From positions 106,281-170,280 of the forward strand of contig NMRA01000742.1 of assembly GCA_002633005.1 (NCBI GenBank): a DNA stretch of 64,000 bases, written 5' to 3'. A model generated the notes under the pieces. That model was given only the letters and a program-made list of their open reading frames with translations. It had not been told where the DNA came from and did not search any database. The stretch is from Phoronis australis (Eukaryota; Animalia; Phoronida). Position 1 is the first letter of the stretch. The number at the start of each line of letters is the position of its first letter. Below, piece by piece: positions 37,401 through 49,700 of the stretch. The translations under genes and the position numbers were made by a program.

Positions 37401-40400
37401 TATTATTATTATTATTGTTGTTGTTGTTGTTGTTGTTGTTGTAATATTTACAATGAGGGTAGCCCCATCAGTTCACCCTGCTTTCCACGGGGGCCCTCAG
37501 AATTGTCGATAACCTTAAGGCAGCAACGGGATGAACAACAGAAACTTACATCTCTTGTTGCAGGAAAAGAGTTCATTGTGGGAATTAACGGTGGGACAAA
37601 CATGGACGGTGCCCAAGCTGTAGCGAACGCCTTCCCAGAGTACCCGACAACCTACGTCAATCTACCGGATGAAAAGGTTCGGCTTCAGCAATACGTTTCG
37701 GTGATCGACGAGAATGTGTTGGCAACTAGCAACAGCGAAATTGCAACAAAGATATTTAAGGTAAGATGAACATTGTTTTGTTAACTGAAGTTATCTATAT
37801 AAATGCATGTCTGACAATTCTGTCGACGTTTGTCCGACATGGTTTGTACATGTAACTAATTCGGCACATGGCACCCATTTTAGCTATTTGCGGAGGTGAG
37901 ACATCATTTTTTAATTAAGGGCCTTGCCATTAAAGATGGTTTCAGTTTGCCACCCTACGAACGTTAGGTGTGATATTTGGGCATCGGAAGACCGGACGAC
38001 ACATAATTTCTCAGAAACGATCTAAATAAAAAACGTAAGTTCCTACAGGAAAGCGCTGAAAGGCCAACAGGTGTATTGCTGAAGCTGGCCTCCTGTTGAG
38101 GAATAGGAGTAGGCACTTGTATGTGCTTCCCAGCTCAAACAATAGATGGAACCACTCTTTCCATTCTTGTGACTTCAATTATTTTAATTTACACACATTA
38201 AAGATGCTATGTCTCGTTAAATGAGTTTACAAACAACCCCGGTCTTCCGGTATGTCAGAAACTATCCGAGAACCAGTTACCATTACAACTTCGCGAGTCT
38301 ATTTTTATGGAACTAAGAATGGTGTCATCGTTACTCAACAGTTTTTATTATTTGTTCATTTCATTATCAAATAACAATGGACGACAATCCTTTTTGCAGC
38401 GCCACCAAAATGTGCAAGTAATGAATTATATGTTGTTTCCACGGCTTCTTAAGACTTCGAAGTGACACCGCAGTCAGAACATTACATGTGCGGTGCCACA
38501 GGACACAAGTAGTTCTTATGTGTCTGTCGTCTGCTGCCAGTTACGTGCATATACTTCACATGTTATCTTCTTGTAGCAAATTCAAGAGCACGCCTCTTTT
38601 AAATACAAAGTTATGCACGTCGAAGAGGATAAGGCAGCCACAAACGTGTTGTATGTAAACGGTTTCGTACTACATCAGGACCCCAAAGTGATGCCAAAGA
38701 GCTTCCCAGTGAGTATAAGTTACAATAAAAAAGAAAACTGGATTGAAGTCGCCTATCGTCAAAAAACATTTGATTGACACCACTTACTGTTTAAAAACTG
38801 GTCTGTTACTTATTTCTTACTCTAGGTGATTCCTGGACTTGTGCATAACTGACTGATCATTATTCTTGAGCATGGGCGCACCTGGGGGGAGCGGCTCAGG
38901 GGGCTCGAACGAGCCCCCAATTTGGCGAATTGGGCAAAAAGGTCCGCCTCAGTGGAACAAAAAGTCCGAGTAAACGAGACAAAAGTCCGCGAAGTCCACA
39001 GGAATTCGATGCGTATGCACGATTGGCAGGCCTGAACCAAGTGGTCCCTTTTTTAATTCTAGTTGATTTTGTTAAGTAAAAGGTACGCATACCGAAGAAT
39101 TCGAGCCCCCCTATATCTAAGGCTGGGTGCGCGCATGTTGAGAGCTGGCTTAAAGGTTGCTTTTCTGTACTGTTCTCTCCTAGCTCAGACATTACCCTTC
39201 ATTTGAGTAAGGTACAATCTGACACCAGTTTTTTTAGCGGTCGCAACCCCTGCGTCAGCAGTGCAACGCTGTGTTGATGGAGCTTATTCCAACTTCGTAA
39301 ATGGCAGAGAAATTTACCCGTATGTGAATGATTTCGGTGAACGTCTGGCAAACATTAGCGAGTATGGGTGAGCTACAAAACGGAAAGCATCTTATTTTTT
39401 AAAGTTCTGGTCAAAGCTAATGACTTTAAAGACGTCTGTCTGCCTTGTTCAAACGAGAATGTTTCTTTAACCCAAGCAAAATACAAGCTTAAAAATTTTT
39501 TTCTTTTAGGATGATTGCCACCAGTTTATAAGCAATATCAGACATGAGTTTTTCTTTCTACAGATATTGTTTATTCCTTGACATATTTATAGTGTTTGAC
39601 ATTTCATCGTGTAAATTGCATTTTAACCCTATCTGCTTGTTATTGCGAGTTTTGAGCGGAGTGAAAATTACCATTATAAACGCTTTAACTGAACATACAT
39701 GTAAGCTATACTGTCTCGTAGATGCAATGGAGCAGTATTCATAATTTTGACGGAAACATAATGAGATGAGATTTCAGAGCTAACTTTTTGAAATTTCACC
39801 TACGTAATGAGTGACTACAAGTGTTCGAGTACAACCCATTAAGGTCTGAATTTCCACCATTTTTTATTAGCTTTCTTCTCATTGTGCGCATTTTTTTGCA
39901 TAAACCTATTTTTCACCTAATTTCCATTAGGGTCTTCTTATTCATGAGTTGTCGTCACAAAAACAATTTGTTAGAGTTTAAAATTAACCTGCCCATGTAT
40001 TATTAATGGATCTGGCTGAATAAATAATCTCTCCAAGAAGAGAATGAATGAGGCTGACAGATGGCACATTAAAATTCAGCAACGTGAACTGGATGATTAA
40101 TGACTTACATTTGCAATATTTGCACGTGTATAGTCAAGAAATGGGAAAATCATAAAACGGGCGTTTTTTAATAAGATGTATTTGTTAAAAAATATAACAA
40201 TTCTAGGGGCGTAGAAACGATTCTATGGCCGAACTTCTAAATACCAGCTTCGACCTCCCTTAAAGCCGGTCCTAAACCCGCTGCAAAATCCATATCCGAA
40301 TGCCTGAACTGTAAACATGTCGAACAATACCCGCGGCCAAACTCCACACCCAGACCAGTAGGTGAGGTATATGATTCTCGGGTCTGAGTATGATGTATTT

Positions 40401-41069
40401 TCTGCGCGCTTGTGGAGTGAAGGGGCGCGGTAATTGTGTACAGTGACTTAGTGCTTACTCGTCCAGGCGCGACCATGGAATCGTTTAAAACCCCAGAGTT
40501 GTTGCATTTCACCTTGTATAGCTGGCTATAAACAAAAATAGAATTGGAGCTCTACTGCCATGAAATCAGGCTCATAACATTCCTTGCTGTAATTTTTGTT
40601 ACCAAAAAGCACATAGAAACCATCAGCGACTTCAAAAAACACTTCTGAGCTTACATTTGGTTTGATCAATTCTAAAATAGCTACTGTAGTTCGAAAATGG
40701 TGTCTATACGCAATGCCTGTGACTTCAATTGCAGGTTAATTGAGATTTTGATGCCTAATTAAGAGCTTCGGTTGAGAATTCATCATTGACAGCTAAACAG
40801 CAATGTAAGTCAGCTTTAAAACTTGATTATTGGCACATGTGAGTGGTATCCTTCAACTCTCTGGAGGATATTTGTGATTGAATCCTATTTATTCCTTTTT
40901 GTTACAGATATTTGAGCGCAACTTTGACAGTCGTGTCGCTTGTGACTTGAGCGAATTTCTGAAAGTAGATGGTGTAATGACAAGTTGTTGTATTCTTGTC
41001 TCGAAAGTGAAACATCCCAAGATGATTCCGACAACTCTCGAAGGGGGGCAGCACGAGCTTGAGGCTTAA
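29883..41069 (+). CDS. DDAH1: Dimethylarginine dimethylaminohydrolase (DDAH) homologue, 284 aa, catalytic residues substituted; whole-gene span
   Basis: Exons 29883-30143, 35311-35413, 37564-37760, 38577-38708 and 40908-41069 join in frame. Motifs LPADERHPDCVFVGD, LEGRDVLWTGKEFIVG and SEFLKVDG align by eye with vertebrate DDAH1 (LPADESLPDCVFVED, LDGGDVLFTGREFFVG, SELEKVDG). Confidence 0.92.
30375..30524 (-). mobile_element. MITE family B
   Basis: Reverse copy of the 23077 element, TSD ATACC. Confidence 0.8.
31370..31406. repeat. Compound (CA)n(TA)n microsatellite
   Basis: Directly visible. Confidence 0.9.
32806..32940 (+). mobile_element. Two adjacent decayed MITE family C copies
   Basis: GGGGCTATAGCTCCC...TTTCAGTGCTG(T/C)GCCGCCCA core shared with 2725-2794. 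Confidence 0.6.
35311..35413 (+). CDS. DDAH1: DDAH-like exon 2
   Basis: EAVVRQTLKKDLGLKIVEIDNERAILEGRDVLWT; ttttag/gtaagt. Confidence 0.92.
37390..37442. repeat. Compound (TTA)n(TTG)n microsatellite
   Basis: Directly visible. Confidence 0.9.
37564..37760 (+). CDS. DDAH1: DDAH-like exon 3
   Basis: GKEFIVGINGGTNMDGAQAVANAFPEYP...; tgcag/gtaaga. Confidence 0.92.
38577..38708 (+). CDS. DDAH1: DDAH-like exon 4
   Basis: QIQEHASFKY...AATNVLYVNGFVLHQDP...; ttgtag/gtgagt. Confidence 0.9.
38871..39137 (-). mobile_element. MITE family A
   Basis: Reverse copy, CATG ends, TSD TTGAG. Confidence 0.85.
40908..41069 (+). CDS. DDAH1: DDAH-like exon 5 (terminal)
   Basis: IFERNFDSRVACDLSEFLKVDGVMTSCCILV...TAA; ttacag acceptor. 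Confidence 0.92.
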   Translation: MFERNFDSRVACDLSEFLKVDGVMTSCCILVSKVKHPKMIPTTLEGGQHELEA

Positions 41070-44000
41070 GCTCTCACTCGGTGAAATCGAGCGAGCGAAA
41101 TCAGTTGTAAAAGTTATAAGGAATACCAATCAAAGCAAACAATGTTCCCGCTGAGTGAACTCAATGCTTACAGTCCACAATTAATTTATTAACTGAAGTG
41201 AGTAGGGGCGACTTAACATTTTCTCAGTTGCGGAGGGACGGTGGGTACTGCCATCACAAGCCCCTCTCAGTCCTGCCCCTTTCCCTCTCCTTAGCACTTT
41301 CAACATGAATGACTGGATCCTCTACTCCGGTAGTAACCAAGTTTTCCACGCAAATCAACATTCTCTCCTTCCAGTGGTCTATCTAGTTTAAATCACGAGG
41401 AGGCGAAAACAATACCGAACTTAGGACAGACGTTTATTTCCTTTATAGTTATTGCTCGGAGGATCCAGTGATGCTCTCATCAATCCCATTCCTGTAGGTC
41501 ACGTCCACCGATCAGACACATAGTCTTGCCTAATTAAACAGTTCTTCTGTAGTTAGCAACATAAGTTTGCGATGTAAACTGATTAATGGCGCTTTTATTG
41601 TTCCCGTGAAGTTAACATGTTTTTTTCTTTCTATTATGAAGCCCAATTTGATAAGTAGTGACAAGAAAGTTGCGCACATATCGAATGTCGTTGTTGAGAA
41701 AACGGTTGTGAGCTGCACAACATTCTTGCTTTGGCACCATTGCGCAAGAGCGACATCTGGCACCCGAAGAAAGCTTCGCTCGTAATATTGTCAAACGCTC
41801 CATTGAAATCCGTCGTAAACCCGCTTTCCATACCAAAAACCAACCGTTTAAGAGACAACTTACCGTTATGAACTTGGTCTCAAATTGTTCATTAGTCGAG
41901 GTCGGTGATTTCATGGCTGCAAATGAACTGGCAATTCGTTAATGTTTGTAACCAGGCTGTACAAGTTGATTTAATCGTCACGGCGTGTCATTTTGTGTGC
42001 CGAGCAAGTTCTCAGTGAATAACGAAACGTACTATCACAGAAATCACTTACTCACCTCAGTGAGTGGGGAACAATTTAGGACGTATTTTATAGCGGTGAT
42101 TTAAATTGGACGCAGGTATATGACCACTTTAGATTTTTCGTACATAGTAACGAGGCCATTAACTATGGGCCTAGATTTTAAGACCTTAGTTTTATTGTGA
42201 ATTTTTCATTTTTGTACTTATTGTTTATTTATTACTCATCAGTTGATGACGGGCCACGTCATGAAAGTCAAATATTAGTATATATTTTTAAGGACCCTAC
42301 TTGGCCCCTATTCAACATTTTTGCTGTGTTGTCTTTTGTCAAACAAATACATGGTGCTTTTGCTTGTTAGTCTGATTGATGGTAATGAATCTCGCATGAG
42401 TTACGAAAATCCAGGTGTCAGGTCACATACATGTAGGCATTGCCCGACTCGCGGAACAGCCAGGTATTTGGAAGGATTCTCCAGTTAGTGAAAGTCACAT
42501 GGCTTGCCGCACGACTCAAGTCTGCACATGCGTACTTGTAGATAACGGTCACCTCCGACTGAGTGAAATCTTAGGCTACGAAAAACCCCAGGTGTTTCGA
42601 ACGGTGCAAAGCTATGAAAGGTTTTTATCAAAACAGACCATTACCACCAGAATTGTCAATGAATTTGATGTCACAACGGCTTTCAATTAATAGTCAGTTG
42701 GATATAAGAGTTGTCAAAATTTGGAAGCCGGGTTGGCTATCAAAGGTGAAGTCCAGTCACGGTGGGCAAATTTCGTTAATGCTTTTAGGGAACCAGTCAC
42801 AAGCTCTGGTTTAGTTTTTCGGACGGCTGAAGAGATAGAAGTGCAGCTTAATTTTTTGACTGTTATATAATAACAATAAAACATTAGCATACATCGCAAA
42901 GCATGTCGGGAACAGCCGCCGCAGAGTGGAACTGGAAATTTCTGCTCATTACAAATAAGTCAGAAACTTGTTTACTGTCTTTTAAGAATACCATCGAACC
43001 AAGCAAGACTGTTCGCGGACTGGTCAGGCTAGTTCAAACTGTGAAACGAATTCATTACTATTGCCTTTACATACAACCAGCCAAAGTTCGGCGCATTTCT
43101 GGAACTTGATAGTAAATAATGAGAACATCAGAGATTACAATGTTTATCAATTCAAAAACTGTATTTCGCCTTCGTAAATCGAAACAAAGAACGCGCATGA
43201 ACAAAAAAAGGAATTCTACTAAATAACTTATAATTTATTCTCCATAATATAACACCAACTACTACGCATTAACATTTGTGATGCAGACGTTTGTAGTTTA
43301 CAACCTGGCGTTAAAATCCTATAACCCACGCGTCACGTGTTCACAAGACGTTTCTCAAAGCGTCTCAGTGAACTGAACAACACGGTAGACTGAATCTCTG
43401 ATAGACAAGGTGCAAACTTCTGCCAACGAGACATCAGAAATCTCACCATCATATGAATAAATTTGAACGCATTGTAAGCTAAAATGTTGAAATTGTTTCT
43501 TCCGTATCGTGAGTCGAGCATGAGACTGACTCCGACCAATTATGATGTTGATTTGGAGGATCAAATACGCAAGCGAAGAAAGACAATATTTTTAGCACCA
43601 AACATGGTTTACAGACACTTAAAATTCCATTTAAGCTCACAACAGTCATACATCCACAAGCTTTAATTGTTTCGAATGATAAGCACATCGACTCATTTAC
43701 AATCATTTTAGTTTGGATTGGTACGGGCGAAAATTTGGCACACATGAACAATTTTTTTAAACATACATTTAAAATGACACTAAACCCTGTTTTGGTGGTT
43801 GCAACCAAACCTGGTACATTTTCTACCAAAGTATCATGGGCGTCTCACTTAAGTGATAAGTGGTCTCTCCCCACTGTTGCCCTGTAACCCGCCTAAAGCA
43901 AGCATCACGCTTACTGGTTTCACACTTAGGAGTTTTCAAATTTGTCCCAGACTTGGGGTTGACCTGGATACAAAGCATTATTTTGTTTAAGACAGCGTGG

Positions 44001-46528
44001 TGAGAAAATGGTACTTAACTGTTAATAGGCCAAACCTGGGTTTAGTATCCTTTTAAGAATAGAATGTCTTATCTACAATTAAAACAAGCAAACGATGGCA
44101 TGAGCTGTCCAAACTTGAGATTAACAAAGATGGTCCCGTGTGAAAGTTTTATGTCAACAACCACGGCACAACGTCACTACACTTGATAGTCTGGTGTTGA
44201 TCTCATATAAGACTTACATCCTATCCATTTTGAAGCAGAAAATCGTAAGGATGCCTGTGCCGTGAAAACTTATTTCACACCTTTCGAAACTTAGTTGGGA
44301 GAAGGCCTCACGGGAGATCTAATATCTAAGCCAATACAAGATTTCTGAAGAGAATTTACGAACACATACATGTTACTCATAAGACCGCCAGATCAGTAAT
44401 AAATAATGTTCAAGATGAAGTCTCAAAAGCCTTGGTACATTTATCATTTCGTTTTCGTTTGAATTTTCTACAGAAAAATCACAGAAGTCCATTTTAAGTA
44501 CAATTCCTCAAAGCACTTTAGAGTACAGTCGGTATAATGCATAATTTGTGAAACATTATGAATCTGATTAGGAATCTCTGAGATATGATGTTCCGAAGTT
44601 GTCCGAATTTGGACATTTTTCTGGGGTCCTACCTAACATTAAACTCATTTTAAAGGACGACTTTCAAGAACCAGAAACCCAGTTACACATTGAATGAGGT
44701 TCCAAGACTTCTTATGCTGATGTCACAAAATAGTTTAAAGTTCTCTGAATAACTCTACCAAAGGATATGATTTCTCAGAGTAGCAGGGTTAAGTGAGATG
44801 ATCACATGATGGAAGCCATCATGGTGGTTGTGGATGCCACCTGTTGACAGTGACGTGGTTCACATCCCAGCACCAATGGAGACGAGTGTGGAGGAAATGG
44901 CTACAGCTTTCACAACCTCTCTCCGGAAGAGCCCTGTGACTTTATATACATATTAGGAGGGTTCTCAAGACGTTCAAATCACTGACTACTGAATCACACG
45001 CATCAGTGAATACATCAGTGGTTACTCTGTTTTTTGTTGTTCTGTAAAAACAGACCACAGGCTAGGAGAATAGCTGTTAACATGTCATGGGAAAATTCCT
45101 CTCCAAAATTTCCAGAGATCAGTATTTTAACAAGAGGCACTAACATAAAAACGGTTGCTCTCTCCTATAACAAGAACGACGGTGTATAATATCGGCACAA
45201 CACTGAACTAGTTTCCCACAAACCCCACAACAACTTTAATTGTTCTCTCAAGGAAAACTTCAAAAAAGGTCTTCAAGGTTTCAATCAGAACTACTACCTC
45301 ATCATAGCACATAACATGACATCTACCAAAATTTGAATAGCTCCAATCTAGTGAACTTTCAAAGCCTAATACCAGTCCATCTGGTTAGAACTTACAGGTA
45401 AAAGAGGAAGACAAGCCAGACTCAATCACAAGCAGACTTCTATCAGTAAATGCCAAAAAAATGGATAAAATGACCCGGAGCATGCTTCTCAAAAAGACTC
45501 TTAGCTCCTGTCTTTTGAGTTTGGCCAAAAGTTGTCAAACTATTTATGAATCGTCAGAAGCTGATTTTTGTCTTTTGCACTTCTTGAAATGTAACAGTTT
45601 TGTTTTGCCTAGTCAAACATGTTGAGGATTTCTGTCTTTTGACTTTGAGTTGTAGACAGATTTCATGATCAAACCTTAGCTTGTTTTCATGAAACAAGAT
45701 AAGTCATTCATAGATTGATTTTTAGCGGAAAGTCAAAAGCCAAATGACTTCTTAAGAAGCCAAATGACTAAATAACATGATGGTGGACTAACCCCCCCAC
45801 AATGGCTGAGCAGACTTCAAGTTCAATGACAAAGTAACCACCCCTCGTGACCAAAAATAGAGAGGAATTAACAGGAAAGTTAAAGGTACGGTGTCTAAGC
45901 CATTCTGTCATTGGAATTTAGTAGCCGCGAAAGTAACATTTTGTATTTAGAAATCATGACGCGGAACGGTATTTTGTTATGCACTATATATGGACTGCTG
46001 AGAAACGTGTCTATCCGTCAGCTAAGGCTGAATCCTTCACTTTCAGATGCAACAGCGTACTTTCAATGCATTAAGGAATTATCTGTAATACTTGTTAACA
46101 ATTCTTAAGCACAGAGAAACATGCTTTTAAAATTTCATAATCTTATAGTTTATAGATTTTTTGCAAGCACTCTTAATAACTGGAGAGCAGGTCCCTATGT
46201 TTTGCACACAGGAATCTGAAAAAAGTTGACTAAACGTATTCTTGTCTAAAAACAGGAAAATTTCAAAGGTGAGAATTTCTGGCTAATTTTGACCTCTTTT
46301 TCATCTAGGTTCCTTCTCTGTTTTTGCTATTACATCGGCACAAAGTCAGGCAACCTTCAATAAAATTCATCAACATTTTGGGAAAACTTCTGTACTTGTA
46401 CAGGTGTCAAACCTCATAAATGACCAGACCATTTCATTGAAACTTAAAGGATCGAGTATTTTAAATATCTTGGCAATGCAAATAAAAGTCACTTGCAACA
46501 TGTCATGATACATGTATCTTGTCTAAAC

Positions 46529-46748
46529 TCATGTGACCTTGCTCTTGTGACCCTTTGACCCCTGTATCTGTGCCATTCTGTTCCTTGACCTCCACACTTT
46601 GACCAACATGTCGTCGCTAACGCTAATGAGCATCTCTGAGTCATGAGGATTGAAAGCCACGGAGTTGACGACATCAGTGTGAGGATACTTAGTCAAGCAC
46701 ATTCCATAATGCCTATCCCAGACGTAGCCGTGGTTGTCTTCAGCACCA
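46529..46748 (-). CDS. FBXW5: FBXW5 last coding exon
   Basis: SGAEDNHGYVWDRHY...VKVWRSR...TGA. Confidence 0.95.
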
Positions 46749-49700
46749 CTGAGAAAATAAAACAATCCATGAGGGAAACACTGTAATTCCATGAATAATT
46801 CCATATAAAGTATTCATAAATACAAGCTGGAATAAGCAATAGAAATCATTAATGCTAAGAACTTGAATAAACTTTACATTTCGTCATCAATTGTCATATT
46901 TCTATTAAGTACAAGACAAATTAATCAGATAAAATGCAATTAAAGTACTTCAGATCTGTTAACAGCAAAAATGACTGGTATAAACCATTTGGGCGGCAAA
47001 ATTGTAATGACCGAATGGCTTAGTCACCTCACAGACTGTAAGTTAATTCCATTTAATTCTTGGTCGTGAGAGAAGACTACTTTTCCCAATGAATTACGCT
47101 GCTGCCCAGCTGACGTGTCTGAACAGTTTTGGCTAGTACTTTATTTTTCAAAAGCTGACTACAATAGTTTACAAAACACCTGTAAACTAGACCTATTTCA
47201 ATAGTTTACAAAACACCTGTAAACTAGACCTATTACAATAGTTTACAAAACACCTGTAAACTAGACCTATTACAATAGATGCTTGTAACACCGAATTTAG
47301 ATTGAAATTTTTGCCAAAATAATTTGATGTTCATTTGGTAGATTTCTTGTTTCACAAAAAAGAGCAATTTTCAGTTTAATGTGACATTATTGCCTCTTGC
47401 CATATTTTACAGGTGAAGTATTGTTGCACAAGTAAATAGGCTAATGCGATAGAAATATTTTTTGTGTTGAAGAATTTTAAAATTTAACTGAAATAAATGT
47501 TTTTGCATGAATAAAATCAAAATGATAAAAAAGAGATGAAAAGAAACTGGAAAACGAATAACAGAATATCAGATAATCGAAACACAAATTAAAGAAGAAA
47601 TCACCTTAAAAAGAAAAATTCTAAGCCCTGATTGTAGGCTGGAAACAAAATTTCTCACAATTAAAACAGGCTTCCAGAATTGTTTGGACAATACATTGGC
47701 TTAAATCGGGGAAAAGCGGCACCACAGTGAAAGAATGAGAGCTGAGACAAAAAATTCCCAGGGCCTGTTTGTGATGCTCGCAAGTAATCCTGCGAATGGA
47801 CATCTGTAGGATATTGTTTCCATAAGCGTAACATTCAATACGTACATGGCAAAAATAATCAAAGTACCGTTTCCCTGTTGTGACGGGACATTTTAGTCAC
47901 TACGACGGTGAATTCAGCCAAAATTCACCCATCACGACTAAGATTTCTGCTTCCTCTCAGATATCAATTCCGCTGGTGCTCAACTGCCGCGACAGGGATT
48001 TCTGGGTCATTTTGTCTGATTATTTTTGTGTGTACTTAGCAGGGATAAGAAAGCTTACCTTGCCACATATTCATTACACACGTCTAGAAAGATGAAGAAG
48101 CACTCGTCGTTGGGCGTGTAGGCCCTGTGGGCCCGATGCATTGTCCCCACTTCTTTCATCGTAACTAGGTCGATCACGTGAATATCAATCTCCTGAGCAA
48201 TAGGGGGCGGATTTAGGGCATCTTTAATAGCGTAGTTCTTAGGCCATGTGCGGCAATTGACGTAGAGATACCTGAAACAACAAGTGTTAATGATCAGAAC
48301 TCTGTAATACTTGGCCAAGAGATACCCGAAAACAATCTGAAAATAAAGTTGACACCGGGATACCAAGAAGCATATCAGGATTCTGTAATATGAGACAGAG
48401 AAGATAAAAAACATTGAAAATCATTGCTTCAATATTTCCCCGATTTTTAAAAAGAGATTTTGCTACTGTTTGAAGGAATTGTGATTAGATTAATTTACTT
48501 TAAAAACTTTCAACAGATAGTTTCCAAAAAACGCTGATGAGCCCGATTACAATTGAACGTATGAAGGGCATCAACATCTCAGTGGAGATGTCTTAAATAA
48601 TAACAACTGCATTCCAATGTATTTTCAAATCCTGGAAATACTGCAGGAAAAAACGGGATGAACTCCACAAATGGTCGTGTCCACAAGGATTCTAGCTGAC
48701 TGCCGGAATACCGGTATTTTTGTCGCTTCTATTGCCAGACATTGACACCATAATACTCTCAAGTGAGTACACAAACCGTGGTAATTACTGAATAAAATTT
48801 CCAGGAATTAGTCCAAGCAAAGTTGGTGCATATTAGAATGGCACGTTAATTGTGTCCCAAGTAAAAAAAAATGTGATTGAAATTCTAGCAGAAAAAAACA
48901 AGATTATTTACACTAAATTTCACATGAGAATGACACTCTTGAATCGAAATGCAAAATCATCACTCCTAATCCTATATTCACAAGTCCAGTGTAATTCTTT
49001 GTGCCATTCATACCTGACCAGTGCATACTTCTTCAGTAATTTACAAAATTTATAAAATTGCAGCCGTGTCCTGAAAAAACTGCTCCGACCCATAGTTGTT
49101 TTACTGACAGAGCTAATTCCACGAGGGTATCAGTGCTGCCTTTACCCAAAAAGGGTGTTAACCTGAAAACAGTCATTCTATTCCTTAAGCAAGAAAAGAC
49201 TTGTAAAATAATTTTCAACATCTCTAAATTAAAGTGAACAAAAGCTGGTTAACACCCTGCACAAAATGTTACTTTTTTAATATTATTAATCATCAACATG
49301 GTGAGGTACCACTGAGGGACAACACCAGTCAAAAATTATGCTTGATAAACTTATGAAAATGTCAATAATTAGGATAAATGTCCCTAAGAAGAATTGGTGA
49401 GATACTATCATTAAATACAATAAATTTTCTCTTGCAAGAATTTGACAGGTGTCAATCTAGATCCCATCATCCCAAGAATTTAACATCCAACAGGACCATG
49501 CCAAATGTGCAGTGCTTTTCAAAAAGAAATCAAAATTACCCCTCAACGAAATCCAGTGAGATTTCACAGCAAACATTTCTGGGTAATTTCAATTGAGTGT
49601 TTTTTGCCGATTCTATTGTTTGTGCATTTTTATCACAACTTGATGAATATCAATGTCATCAACTTTTTAAAACTACAGCAGGCAGTTTACCTAAGGTACT

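Noticed and set aside
40237-40512. GC-richer ORF in the last DDAH-like intron
   Set aside because: No recognisable domain or convincing splice signals.
43484-43666. LKLFLPYRE segment reminiscent of Helitron Rep-Hel proteins
   Set aside because: Too short, and no supporting Rep or helicase motifs were seen nearby.
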